Of a stretch of 64,000 bases of DNA, positions 23,865 to 38,179 are shown one piece after another. Both the position numbers and the translations under genes were made by a program. This stretch comes from Octopus sinensis (taxonomy: Eukaryota): positions 62,001 through 126,000 of the forward strand of contig NW_021836151.1 in assembly GCF_006345805.1 (NCBI RefSeq), written 5' to 3'. The notes under the pieces were generated by a model, which saw only the letters and a program-made list of their open reading frames with translations, was not told the origin of the DNA and made no database searches. How positions within the stretch are numbered: the first letter of the stretch is position 1; every line of letters starts with the position of its first letter.

Positions 23865-26644
23865 TCTTTCAAAATTATCATTTTTACGGTATTATTTGAA
23901 TAAATTTGTATATAGATTTAGTGATAAACGTTTGTTATCTGAAACGAAATAAAAGAATTGAATTGACTAAAATTCAAATTGATTTATATTATTCATTGTT
24001 TACTGTTTAATGGGATTAGAATTAAAAGCTTGGAATCTTTTCACACGACCTAAATACTACAATTATTTATTAGAGAATTATCTCTCAAATATGGAGTTGA
24101 CCCAATCAAAAACACCCCACAAGATCTTAAATGACAATTAAACAAGATATTTGTAAATATTATATTTTTATGAATCAATTTTAACAGAGATTGTAAATCT
24201 CAGAAAACATGACCAAATTTTTCCTTAATTTGATAGAGTTACGACCACATGTCAGTTTTTTTATTCCAATTCAAGTCAAAATGTTGAACAGAGTATTGCA
24301 GAAGATTTGTGTTTGTTATTTATACTTTTTGAGAGTTTAATAATAATCCAAAACTTCTCTTGCTAATTTAAAATATAGATTTAGGTGGAAGTTCAAGTAA
24401 GTAAAATATTAATTAACAAAAATGTAAGTAACAACGAAAATACAAAGCGTCAAACACATGATAAAATTAAAAAGTTTTTTTTCTGATTTTAGATATAATA
24501 TTATCAGCACTGCGCGATGTCATCGGGCATTAAAACGCATGTGCAGCACAATAGGTCAAATTTCTGGAAAATTTTCTCCATTTCGTACCGTAACATGTAG
24601 AGTACTTTTCATTTCTAAAGTGGTTCAAATGCTCTTAAAATCCTCGTCAAGGACAATCAGTAGTGTTGTCCTTTGTCGACCTCTTAAGCATGGTCCGTTC
24701 TAGCCAAACTAATCCTCTATGGAGGCTATCTACTATGCTGAAACATATTGAATTTTTTAATTATTTTTGAAATGTGCGTTTTAAATCAGTTTAAAACAAG
24801 ATTATTCTAGCATTAATGACTCACATTTGATCAAGCATCAAATGTTTAATAGAATGCTTACATAACAAATAACGACAAATAGCGTGAGTATTTACTATTT
24901 ATTTAACAGAAACAACAAAGAAAAAATAAATATAAAAAATTTATAAATTTCCGTATTAATGTTCATGGCCGTGGAGACATCGGGGTATTCGCCCCGCAAT
25001 CGTTTTCTTTTCTTCCTTGGTCGGGTGGGGACGAAGATTGCTAAGCAAAATAAGAATGAAAAGAGACTCGTCATCTTTTTCAAAATGTCTCTTTGGGATT
25101 TTCCGGGGGAACTCTTATAGCCCGGCAGTTCAAAATAATTTTTTGTATTTTCTTTTTCGCTGAGATGTTTCAGAAAAAACAAATTATTGGCGAATAATAG
25201 ATTTTTGTGAATTACATAGTATTGTAATACGAAAAATGATGTCTCTATCAAAAAGGTGGTGACTTGCACAATTTTAAGAGTTACAGAATTGGCGAATTAT
25301 ATAGTCAGTGTATGCAATGTCAAATTTCGTTTCAATATCCATGTCCGGAAGTCAGAACAATTATCGAACTGGTTTTGACAAATAAAAAATCAAGATTATA
25401 GATTCTTTCAAATCAATGGATTTGATCCTTGAAACAATCCCGGAGACTAACCAGAACGAAAATCCTTAATGGTTCGTTCAATGTAGATATTAAAAAAAAA
25501 CTTTCACGAAAATTAAAAGGCCATCGTATTATTTTTGAAGCTTACAGTTTTATGACGATCAAGTTTCGTTTTTGCTTTTAGGAAAGTCCAAATCCTTCTA
25601 ATCATGAGAATACTAAAGGTTCGGATCCTTTGAAACGTAAACAGTGAGGTTACTAAAACAACATAAAGCTGATTATCGAGTTTATTTCAAAAAATTAATT
25701 CTCGGTCTTTATTTTCAAAACAATCATAATTGAATTTTTTGAAGCAGGTCACAAAAAATGTTTTTTTTGAAAAATAAATGAGTTGGCAGCAGACAAAATT
25801 AAACTCAATTTATAAAACTTTTTACATTTAGGTAGACTGTCTGTGTTTGCAGTCCAGAGATTTTGTATAGTTAAATGTGACGAGTATTTAGGTAGTGGAA
25901 GAGCTAATAGACCACTATGAAAAAGTCACATGTCTAATGTGTAATCTTCTCCTTCAGGCACAAATTGAAGATTAAATTGATTTTGAAACACAAGTGGACT
26001 ATAGTGAGTCAGTGTCTCTTTCTTGGTTTACTCGAATCATATTTCCGCCTTTCTGTTATCCTTTTGTTCCTTGAATCAGTTATTTAGAGAAAGGACCCCA
26101 AATAAGTCATTTTCCCACAGATTAGGGATCTCAAATCTCACAGAATGACTTGGATCGCCATTCCTGCCTCTACCATCAACAGGGCCACTTACTGTCTTTG
26201 ATTTAATTATTCTACCTTTTTTCAGACCTAACACAACAAATGACTCCTAATGAGAAATTGGTCAAGCTGTGGACATAGCGCAGGCAGGAGATCTAGAAAT
26301 ATTTTTTCTCTAGTACATGCTTAAAGAATATTACGTGAGACACTTTGTTTCATAGACATTCAGAAGGTTTCTTAGTTTGTGGAGATACAATACAATATAA
26401 AAAATAAACGGAATCACTAAATCAATGTATTCAAAATTGTTATTAAAAGTATGGATTATTTTCCCTACAATAAAATGTAATTGTTGATTATGTTTTCAAA
26501 GGCGAAATGTAACAAAAATCTATTCTCAGAATCTACTAACTTGACAAATTTATACTTTTTAGTAAAAAATCAATTATGAAAATTCTTTAATTTTTTATTA
26601 TCAAAAAATAAAAAAATGTTAAGGAAGGCAATTAAAAATGAATT

Positions 26645-28330
26645 TCAAACATTGATTACTCTCTGTTTATATATATTCTCTACAAGCGATGAAATCCGGT
26701 CAAACAGAAGAATTGTGGTCGACTAAATATGACAACAACGACTTTACCTGGGGAATCACAAATCTCAGGCTCAACTGAGATGTCCCAATATCACTAAGAG
26801 TTCCCCGAATAAATTTGAGAACTCCATCAGCCCTAGTATAGCACCACTCATCGTATTCATGTCCAGTCTAACATTTGTAAACAAAACCTACAAGTTTTGG
26901 CGGATCAATCAGAAATAATGGAACAGTCAAGTCCACCACGTTTTGTCTTGCACAAAACTGAAGAACGTTTCCTAATGCTTCGAAAGCAACACTTGTTGTA
27001 GGTATGAAGGCAGATTGCTTAAAAATAAAAATACAAAATACGAGATCATTCGAATTGCAGAGCACGTGAAATGCAACGTGGATTTGGTTAAGATTGGAAT
27101 GTTTGGTAATCACAACATCACCAACTGTCCACGGAGACTTTGGTCTACATCTTAAAAACATGTTAAATCACGTTTTTTTAAGTTGTGAATAAATATCTTC
27201 GAACTGAAAGTCACAGTAACGATCTGCAGAATTTATCAAATCTATCAACTTAAAATAACCATTGGTCACCTTTGGCTGTCTCTAAGGTAGGAGAAATGAT
27301 GTCATCAGTAAAAACTAACAGTCCATTGAACTTGTTGGCATACAAAGACATAATAGAGTCAATCCTCTGCGGAGGAGAGATCTCTCTATGGATATTGATG
27401 ACCAAATAACCCCCGGGAGTCTAGAAGGATGCTAAAGTCGATGGGCATGTTAGCAATGAGTCTTATGTTATTCGTGTACATGAAGGAAGGGTCTATTTGT
27501 TAGTTTGAGTATCACCAGTACACACAGTGAAACACTCCTCCATATACTCCTCAGATGTAAGTATCCCAGTCTCAAGTCCTACAGTGAAAGGAATTTGGTT
27601 ATTTCCCGAAACAAGGCTGTCAACGTGGGCATAATAATTTTTGCGTTGTTTTTCCTTTTTTGACTCAACCCTCTGTTTCCAGCTCAAAATAATTTCCTAG
27701 TCAAAATATAGTTTATATATCACATTTTCAAAGAAAGTGTCGTCTTGAGATTTTGAAGACCTTAAAAAGTTGTTTCAGTTGATTCACCTGTGGGAAATGA
27801 GATCAGTCTCACGTTGATGGTAAAGTCTGTTTATATCTTTGACCAGTTCATTTTCAAAATGAATCAATGAGTCCATTTTTGACTGCAAAACTGAATCAAA
27901 TTTTTCACGAAAACTCAAATTGTTATTTGTCTGAGAGATTCCGTTTGTTTTATAGTCGGAGTTATACTTGACCCAATTCTATCATTTCTCGACAAAATAA
28001 AACGTTTTGGTACATTTCGGCAAAAGAATAAGACAAAGTGTCGATCATTTCAGAATTCACTTTGATTAGCTCAATTAAGGGTTTTATTTTTGTAAAATAT
28101 TGACTTGTTTCAACCTCTCGAATAAATTTGGTAAAATTCGTTTTAAATTCTTTAAAAAATGTTTTAAAATATGTTTTACTTTCAAATAAAAAACAGGGAA
28201 TGTCATATTTTTTGATAATATGAAGGCAATGTTCATTTATTGTTTTATTTAAAGGAAGTTCGATAGGAATTGTTTGATTATATTTTTTTTGGCCTATTTC
28301 ATATTCAAAAGTGAAATTAAATGAGTACAT
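26645..28330 (-). CDS. FERRY3: C12orf4/FERRY3 homolog, copy B (first exon frame intact)
   Basis: Same motifs as copy A. The 6-A run at 28154-28159 keeps the first exon open (128-aa ORF). Confidence 0.82.
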
Positions 28331-30310
28331 GGTTAATAACAAAACCACAGAATTAATATAAATTAGTTTAAATAAAATCTCAAATAAACGGAATAAATAT
28401 ATACATATATTTAAATATTCATTAATACAAACAAAATTTATTTTTGAAAAAATAAACCGTTTTTTAAATACCCTTCTTTGATTTAATTTCAGTCAAGCTT
28501 ATAATTCAAGCTTGATATTTCTTTTTCATTACTTTCATAAACGTAAACGATTTGAATACAAACTGTGATCGAATGCTCAATAGTGATTACGTGCGAAGAC
28601 ATAACGGAGTACGTTGATAGATTCATATGTATTTTTGTCGACGATATGATATAAACAGACTCAAGACACATTTCTTGAAATCTATAGCAGCTAATTAATT
28701 TGTGGAGATACACGCCAGATATTTTATTGATGAATAAGACAAGAACTATAACTTCAAATAAGGTTGGAATCACATATCAGAAATTATTGAAGGATGTATA
28801 AATACGACAGGCTCTCAGTAAATTATCATTGATTTACAAGGTAAAAAGTACATTTTGAGCTAACCTTAGAGTAAGAATTTTTTACAAACACTGAAAGCCA
28901 AAGCGAAAATTGTTGCTATGTATTGGAACGGGAAAAAAACCTGCAGAAAAGACAGAAAGAGCTCAAAAAGACCCGAAAGTTTAAAATTATATCAATTACC
29001 TAAACTTTGCATATCTGACAAAATAATATATTTGAATTAGATTGTTCATCGTCGAATCAGTTTTTTAATTTCCATAAAATTCTTTATTCCTAAATACTTG
29101 TTATTTAGATGCCTTAACAATTATTGTAAAATCATTTTAACTGCTGTATTATTACTTTGGTCACTCAGCCGAATGTCAGTTCCCAGTATTATTAAATACA
29201 TTATAAAATTAATAGAATGTTTTAATTATGCATGTTATACATATGTAACAGCGGAAAAAAACATATTTTCAAGCAAAAACGCATTGCAAACAAAATGGAG
29301 GCATTATTTCCGTGAGTGACATTTTTAAAAAAGATTATTTTTTAAGTAGATACATTTCTAAATGATATTTACAGATACGATGCGTCAAAGTTATGGAAAT
29401 AATGACATTTTTATTGGTTATGATAATATACAAAAGCATAATGTTTATATCAAAAACACCAAAATGATTATTTATGCTGACGATATTATGATACTTGACT
29501 CAAAGATAAATAAGCAATAGTATGTTAGAAAAAAGTAAAATCTCATATTGCAAAATAGAAGAATAGTGACATAATAATGGCCTAAGTTTATCAAGACGAG
29601 GAAACAAACAAGAATAAGAATAATTTTAACTTTCGCGTTGTATATTTATCTGTTCAGGACGCTCAAGACCAGGACTCCATATTACATTGGGACACCCAAG
29701 AGCATCCCTGTATCGGCTGGAAATGGAATTTACATTCATAAGAGGAAATATGGATTTGAGGAAATTGTGTTTTTTTAAACATTTTAATCAGAAAAATGTA
29801 TTGAATCAATGTATTCGCATGACTTATTATTAGCCTTACCACGAGAGCCATAGTATTTTATAGCCCAGAATAGGCAAGAAACACACTATTTAAGTAGAGT
29901 TAATATTTTAATTAATCGTATGGCCAAGAAATGATTTTTTTAATTAATGGAGGTATGGTCAAGGGGTCTTTACTTTTTTTTGTCTGGATCCTTTTTAGAC
30001 AATGCGATCCCACAGTGGAAGGCCACTAATGATGGCGTCACTTGTCAAACCTTTTTCAAAACATCGTAGATGCAAAGACCGTCCACTAAAAGGACAACAG
30101 CCAGGCTCGAACTCAGACCTATGTCGCTTAAACCGACGCTTAATCACTGTACTATTCGCATGACTGTAAAACTAAGGTGCCTCGAAATTATAAAAATGGT
30201 TTTTTTATAATTAAATAATTTAATGTATCACAAATGTGATATTGTGATTAAATTTTATTTTTTAAAATTATTTCTAAACTTATAATTTAATGCCAAACAT
30301 ATCCATCAAT

Positions 30311-31314
30311 TCACCCACAGCTCGACAACTGTCCCAAATCTTTAGGCATTTCCTAAACTTAGGGACTAACCGACCCCAGTAGGTAGAGATGACCTTTTTA
30401 CTGACATATTAAACTCTCCCATCTGCTCCAAAGCATCAATCTAGTCCTCAATAGCTATTTGTCTTGATAATTTCAGTTTCTGCGCAATCTGTAAGATATC
30501 TCTTTTACTGTCGTTTGAAATCAGCATATTGTATAAAACACGGTTTTTTATCTTTGTGTTTTCAGTAATGACCTGACTTGTTTCCTGTGAAAAGCACTGA
30601 GATTTTTAATAAATTACTCATTCTTTCTCATATTCCTGAATTTTACAGTAAGATGAACAGGATAAAAACATATTTTTACATGGCTTGAGAGATCTGCGTA
30701 ACTCAACCATGTCGATTTTAATTTCTTCAGTGCTAATGTTGACAACATCCGAGTTTCAAGTAATTTAGAAATGAAACATAGTGATATAATAAACTACTAA
30801 TTTTTGTTAGACGTTGATTAAAGTTAAATTTAAACGTCGGTGTTTTTCTTAATAATAGAAAGTTGAAGAGCCAGTTTATTTAATCTGAGAACCGATAAAC
30901 GATTGTGGAGGGGAAGTTCCGTTTTTTTCTCACAAAAGGAGCATTTAATTGTCCACCCTGTAACACTAAGTTGTTTGACAATGCATCTTCTGCATATTGT
31001 ATGTCTACATTTGGGTAAGATTAGTGGCTGTCGTTGTTTCTCGTTGTAAATACGATTACAAGAACAACAGATTCCGGAATTCTCTTGTTCAACGTATGAG
31101 GAATCAGATGAGGAATTAGAGCTCATCGGTGATTTGCTATTTTCCTCTTCCTCAGTGGGAGATTCTCGAGATTTGACTTCATATCCGTCAAAAGGGTCGA
31201 AAGAATTGGAGGTATTCGAAGACCATTCGCTATTTTTTTATTAAAAAAATACCTTTGTTGTTGAAAAGATTCTTCTGATTTGGATTCCGACGTTTCACCA
31301 TTTTCTGATGACAT
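30311..31314 (-). CDS. RING-finger protein, copy B
   Basis: Essentially identical to 10740-11743. Confidence 0.6.
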
Positions 31315-31659
31315 TTTCTACTGGGGCGCTAAGAAAATTTGTTTATAAAGATTTTTGTGCACATAATTCCAAAAACATAAAAATAGTTCGAAGAATTTAA
31401 AGTATTTTGATGTTTTTTGAAAAGTATAATAACCTATTTTCATCACCAAATCATTCTTTTTTCGACTAAGCTTCCAAAAAATGATCATATTTTTTGAAAA
31501 TCGAATTTCACCCTTCGTTATTAGAATTGAAAATGGAAAACACTTTTATGTAAAAAACTAAATGGATTCACGGTATATGTAATTTCTATAATTCGGATTT
31601 CGAATGTTCTCCAACGAAAATGTTTTTTCGAAAGACTAAATTAAATAGTCATTGGTGAA

Positions 31660-32100
31660 TAATTTTATAAAACACCACATGATATTGAAGTTCCAAAATT
31701 TTTTGATTGCGTCGTTAATAGTCTATTTTAATGAAATCAATCATAAACTTGTTTATGGATTTGGACTATATTATATAGATATACACAAGGGGGTATGGTC
31801 TCGATGTCTCCTTGTGGATATAACGATAAAACTGATCCGCCGCATCTAAAACATTTCTAGATAATATTGTGACTGAAAATCTGCAGCCAGATTGTTAAAT
31901 TCTTTGATTTTTACACCGGAGTAGAGGCCATTGACCACTTTGAGGGTCACCTGAGCCTATTGAAAAATAAATTCGCTCGTTTAGGCCATAGCAAAGCTTT
32001 GTGATTCGGCTTGTGATTTATCAAGAAACACTTTTTTTGTTTTTCCGTCTAATTTGAAAATTTTTTTAAAACAGCAAAACCTCATTTCTCAACAAACAAT
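31660..32100 (-). pseudogene. RRM1: RRM1 5' fragment, copy B
   Basis: Same lesions as copy A. A CRE element sits at the former start codon. Confidence 0.78.
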
Positions 32101-32109
32101 TTTCGATTT

Positions 32110-32806
32110 TTTTTTTTTTTAGGATTTAATTTATACAAACAAGACAAAAATTACAGATAGCTAAGTTAGTTAAAGGCCTCACGAGACACCCGACCAGCCG
32201 CGCGAATGGCGAAGACGTTCCCTCGGATCACAGCAATCGACAGACGTTCCAGGAGCCAAGAAAACTCTCTTGGATCGTGACTAGTCCTTGAAATCCGTCG
32301 ACCGAGCGAGCGAAGGAAGCGGAGTGTCTTGGGACCGAAGATCCGGAGGACTCCAAGGCAATTGGAGTAAAGAGCAGCGAGTTGGACAGGTGGCCGTACT
32401 TGAGAATCTTTCGCTCCTCGGCCTGCCTGGAAGCGTGCCCAGGATTGGCGGCGGACAGCGCGAGATTTCCCAGCGAGAACGTGTCCGAGCAGGTAGAATC
32501 CCAAATAAGGGATTTCCCCTGCTCGTAGGGGAAGGTGGACATGCTGTCAGGGCGTTTGCCATCCCCTCTATCCAATCCAACAGGTTCAAGGATAGACGGG
32601 ATGCCTGCTGAGGCGAGGGCTCTCTGTACGACTGAGTTGAGTTCACTGTGACGGGGGCACGACCGGCACTCCGCCGGCAAGCGAGGGGATGCAAACCGTA
32701 CTCGTCAACAGTTCCCCCACAACGGCATTTGTGCGACTGGCAGATTTTCAGCCCGACACGGAGGGAGATTGCAATTCTTAGGCATTCCTTGTCCAACAGG
32801 TTCCCG
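32110..32806 (-). mobile_element. CRE-clade RLE retrotransposon, 5'-truncated, present only in copy B
   Basis: CRCGG...GLHPLAC...RH.ELN zinc knuckle, RLE motif DGKRPD..TFP..QGKSL.WD.TC.DT, and GN C-terminal motif. Poly(A) seen as the T-run 32107-32120. TSD attttcgattt at 32099-32109 and 32807-32817. The empty site is in copy A at about 12529-12539. Confidence 0.92.
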
Positions 32807-32879
32807 ATTTTCGATTTAAAGACTTATTTATCAATATTCATTTTTTAATTTTAAATAATAAAAATATTCAAAGCATATA

Positions 32880-35463
32880 TTTTTGACTGCCGACAGCAAA
32901 AAAATAAATTCTCGAAAATCTATTTTGATCACATGATGCGTCTTAGTGATTTTTCTTGATTTTTGGAAATGAGAAAGCCCATCAAGGAAATGAATTTGCG
33001 AGCTTTCATTTGGAAAAGTTTCAACAACAATTGGAGTCAGAAAGAATTTTTCCCTGAGGGAATGGAATGTCGTTTATTGATTAAAAACACAAGCGAAATG
33101 AAAACAAGGAAAGATCGTTAACGAAGAGATTAAACGAATCACCGAAGTGTCTCTTTCATTACGTATCCCCAATTATGTTGACAACTTTTCTCTAAGACCA
33201 CCCGGATTGTAGGCACAGAGGATTCTATAAAGGGAAATGAGAAGGCTTGATGTTGACATACTTGGAATAAGTGAACTTCACTGGATTGACTGTAGTTTTT
33301 TGGTTCTGATGATTTCGTCATATATCATTGTGGCTTCTCAAAATTGCGAATGATCGGGAGAGATGGAGAAAATTTGGCTTTGAGATCTCCAAGGGTTGAA
33401 CACGACATAATTGGATAACCTTGTTTAATCAAATTTTATCAATTTGAGACATTTTAGTCATTTAGTTTCCATTGGGGAGGCAATCAATTTATTTGGTTAG
33501 TCATCAGTTTTAATAACAAAGTAATTTCAACGTAATCATTGGATATTAGACATTGATATTTATGAGTTTCTTTAGTGCAATATATTAACATGATTTTTAC
33601 ACATGTCTATCACCTCTTTTTTAATAAGCCCCTTTTAGCAGGACACATTCTCTTGTATTTTTTCCTTTAATTCTCTACACATGTGAAAATAATTTGTTTT
33701 AACTTATTTATCTCCACTATTAATATCAAAGAAAAATGATAGTGGACATTGGCAAGAAACAAGGTGAATAAGTGAGCATTTGATAATTTGGAATAGACAA
33801 AATATTAAACGTGAATACTTCCAATATTGACTAAACAGTCAATTGAGTAATTGTCTGCTTTCTTTATCCCTTGTGAAGTCTTTGGAGGAAGCAACTGACT
33901 GATTTCTCACTCACCACTCTTGCCTCATCCAGAATGTGACTACTAAACAAGTAAACTCGAAAATGTGAATATCAGTCTTCCGACCGTTTTAATTTTAAAA
34001 GTTATACAGAATATAATTTTAAAAGATTTTTTCGAAATCAAGTCAAAAGTATATTGTCTATTTTTGAGTAAAAATTTTTTAAATAAGTCCAAAATTAAAA
34101 AAATCATTTTATACGAACAATTTTGCAAAAATAAATTGGTCCATAATTTTCCAAAATTGATGGAAGTACAAACTGGCCAAATCCTTTAGGTGAAGAAACC
34201 ATTCGAAATATTTTTCGAAAACTACTGTGGAAGACCGAAATGTCTTCAATAACAAACTTTGACTGCACTTCCATCCAATTTACGGACAAAACATAAAAAA
34301 GGCGGTCTATCAGATTATCAGTGTAGATTCCGGCAAGACTTCTGACACAATAAACAACAGAACCTCCAACAGCAACATTTCTGAGAGCATATCTAACATT
34401 AAATAAAAGTAATTTACACTAAAAGATTAATTTGTTGTTCGGCTTGCCTCACTCGTTCGACATTCCGTTTTGGATGAAGAATTTGAATATGAGAAGGGAG
34501 AACCATTCTGTCATTAACGTCAAGACAATCCACAAAAACCTTAAAAATCAAAAAAAATAACAACATTCATATTATTTGACGTATCTGTGAAGAAACTACT
34601 TTTCAAATTACGAATATCTGAAAACTGACCAAATGTCGAGGTTAGAACAACTGACTGAAACAGCAGCCTGGCTGAAATAAAATTTAAAACAAAATCACAA
34701 CATTTAGGAATAATTTTACAAAGAATTTGGAATAAATCAGATTTTTTATTCCCAATAAACATAATTTGACCCTTTGAGACATCTGCTGCAAAAAACGGCA
34801 AAATTATCGAAGGATCGATTAAGGAAAATTCACCCTCTCTACATAATAACGCAACAAACCACCCTGATGACATTCTGGATTCAAAAACGACCCACGAGGG
34901 AAAGCAAAAAGTTGAAAACCATTAAGATTGATTTTTGTTAGACAAGATTTAACGACTTTCGGTGACTTTAAGTTATTAAGATTATTCTCCAAGTCATCCT
35001 GGCTTGTCTTGTGCATTTCTGATGGAACAAAACGGTACAAATCATTGTCGAATGTTGAAAAAGTGGTTTCAAGATCAGGTTGAGGAGTGGAAGGGACTAT
35101 CTGACGTAAAATTTGAGTTTTAGTTGTTGTGGCGTAATGATCAGAAAAACAGAATGAGAGAAGATCTTGACATCCAGTTTGAACGTATTTTGAACAGAAA
35201 AGTCACTTTTATCCTTATTGTGAGTGAGAACGGCGAGTTTTTGTTTACAGGTAATGCTAATCTTATTCCTGGCCACAACTTTCCAAATGTTCTTGAATTC
35301 ATCGCATCAAGAGTTCGTAATCCACTTTCAATATTTCCGTCTTCTATTGGTCGGGAAAGTTTGTTCTGTATAAATTATTAATTAGTATTTTTACCCGATT
35401 ACTCTTATTTCGGTAGAAACGTTGTGAATAAAATAATTTAAAACAGCCTAACCGACATAACAT
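32880..35463 (-). CDS. DENN-domain-like gene, copy B (1-nt deletion near 35190)
   Basis: Paralogous to 12600-15175. Confidence 0.48.
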
Positions 35464-36686
35464 ATATTTTTAAATTCAATACAATTAATTAAATATTCAG
35501 CAAAATTAATTAAAATTAACTTCAAAGAACAAATTCTGTAACAGAAATTGGAGAAACTTCTAAAAGATTTGCAAAAAATTTTAAGTAGTTTCAATGTACC
35601 TTTGTTCTTTCATTTTATCCCTGAATCCATAAAGCCAATTATAAAATTCCGGGATGTGTTGTTTGTTTGAATATATTTGAGGCTAAATGAAAGGAATTAA
35701 ATATTCCAAAAAGATAATTATGAACTATTTTTAATACTTTCAGCACATCAAGCAGACTCAAATTACAGTTTGAGATGTCAAATTTAAAAAATCGTTTTAA
35801 AACTAACTGGTATTTAAGATGTCATAAATAGAATACAATAAGACTCTTCTTGGAGACGAAGAATATAGTTTTTTTAATATAACATTTCGTATATTCATGC
35901 CCAAATTATCCACAATCACATACTCTGAAGACGGTTGAAAAACAGTTTCCAAAATGATGAAATATGGTCTTGGAATGGCGTGTGGTCGTAAAAATGAGAG
36001 GACAATTCAAACCCAGTCAAACTAGAAGGTAAATGGGGCTCAGACAGTTGTTTTAAATGCCAAATTCGTTAATCATTGTGAAAAACTAACATTTCTGAGT
36101 ATTTTGGCAAATTATAAGTCAACTCGCAGCACAACTCGATTGAGGCCGACCATAAACTGAGAAAAGGGAACGGAATTGCTTAGGAAGGTCAAAATATGAA
36201 TTTAGATGCCGTCTAATGGCCGATATTCCACACTCTCGAGAGGCACAAGAGACTTGATCGGTGCCATATAGAGTTTGAGAGCCGTCTGCTTAAAGAAGAA
36301 AATTTTGAACGGCAATTTCATTATTTAATTTTACGATAATAAAACGTAATTTTAAATATTAATTGATTTTTTTAATGACGGCTTCTCGTGGTGCAGTATC
36401 TTGGTTTCAGCTTCTCTCTGCTGGACGGTCAATAAATGCTTATGCTATCGACTGTTCAATGAAATTAACACAATTTAGAACGAGCTCTGTGCCATACACA
36501 TCAAAACCCTCCTATTTAGTAAAACATAAAAATATTTTCTTCACTACTGCAACAAAAACAATAAAATAATTTATTTGATTAATATAATAAAACTTTTCAA
36601 TTTTTTTTATTTTTGAATTAAATAAACTATTTTTTGATAATACTTTTCATAAAACGTGTTATTGTTGATAGTCTCTCGTGGTCAAT

Positions 36687-37170
36687 ATGCAAATAATTGT
36701 AAAAGGAGTTGAAAAATCATTTATCGTTAATGTCGATCAGCAGGGTACTATTCAGGATCTAAAGGTCTGTTTTCAAACTATACAAAAATGCTAGAAATAC
36801 CTTTCTTCTCACTATAATCTGGATGGATCTGAACAGGTCTTGTTTTCCAACAGCCACGTTTATTTTGACAATGACAAACTTGCGGATATCCCCACAAAAT
36901 CGGTTAATCTACTGCTAAAGTGTCATGGAGGTCTGAATGTTGTGTAGATGACAGGTCGTCAGCACGGATCGCTCATGCACGTCGGCAAAGTGCGGAATCG
37001 GACTCCCAAAGTGGACAGCAATTGTTCATTTCTAGATTCCCAAGACAGAGAAGAGACGTCGAAAGACTGGTCGTTGTCATCGCAGAGAACAGTACAATAA
37101 AAGAGTCAAATGCGTCAAGATTTCCACGATGAGAAGAGTGGGGCCCAACTCTAATGCTAATAAAAAATAA
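36687..37170 (+). CDS. FAU: FAU ubiquitin-like/40S ribosomal protein eS30 fusion, complete
   Basis: Three introns of 30, 24 and 25 nt (last 37011-37035). The product ends CHGG-RQHGSLMHVGKVRNRTPKIPKTEKRRRKTGRCHRREQYNKRVKCVKISTMRRVGPNSNANKK*, a typical eS30. Confidence 0.93.
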
Positions 37171-38179
37171 TTTTATTTTTTGGAATTAATTTAATTGGCT
37201 TTTAAATTGGAGGACGCTATTGGATGAGCCGAGAAGAGCGGGTTTCTTAATTTTTTGACTTATAATCTTTCTTTTCATCTTCACCAACTGGATATTATTA
37301 GGAATCGCTTTTATTATATTGGAGTTACTTAAAGAAGTAAGTAAAGTGGATATGGAGTGCATTAATTAATTTTAAACTTATCGAATAAATCATAACTTTA
37401 GTATTTTGGCAACTCACGGAGAAAATCATTTTGACTAAATTTTGGGTAAAAGAATTCTTTATTGGTATCACTTTGGACAGTTTAATTACTTTTTCAGTTC
37501 TCATTATGTGATCCATGAAGCTATTATTCCCTTCATATTGTGCAAAACTGCTTAGATATATTACAAATATTGTGTCTAGTCATTCAGTTTATGGCATAGG
37601 TTTTCACGAGAAATTTCTGGCGGCGCAAATGCTAATAAAAATTAATCTCGCGGCACATAATCAAAAATCAAAACAAACTATAAAATTCCAAATTTATTAT
37701 TTTTACATAATTTTTCTATGTCTGCTCAATATTTGACAAGGCCAGTCGCATTTATCTGATTCTAAATTCAGTAGATTTTCCCGCTTATTGGTTTTATTGT
37801 TTTGAAATGCAGAAAATCCCTTTTCACAAAAATAAGTTGTTGAAAATTGTAGAATGATCCTCATTGGTTTTTTATCTGTTATTTTTGGAAATCTAGATCG
37901 AATTTTGATCCAAAATTCGCCAATATTTAATTCTGTATGTGATAATTTTGAGGTACGATCATTAAATAGTTCAATAAGCTCCATATTTTCGACGGGTAAT
38001 AACTCATTACTATGACTAACCAAAAATGGATTCCGTATCTAAAACTAATTATTTGAATAAATACCCAATCATATTTTTCAATGTCTATGTCTGCAAAATA
38101 AGTAGTTTGAAAACCTCTGTATTAGATGAAAAAATATCTAAAATATAGATAAAATGTCTGCGTTTAAAAAAAAATTGTC

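Larger units (their letters stand above)
22138..37012 (+). repeat. Segmental duplication, copy B
   Basis: Same gene order and paired ORFs as 1-16722 (e.g. 587/22724, 1066/23203, 4504/26868, 11259/30830, 16074/36363). Confidence 0.97.

Noticed and set aside
28541-28800. Gypsy RT remnant (YVDRFICIFVDDMI) in the copy-B-specific block
   Set aside because: A single short motif amid stops, with no other RT motifs in order.
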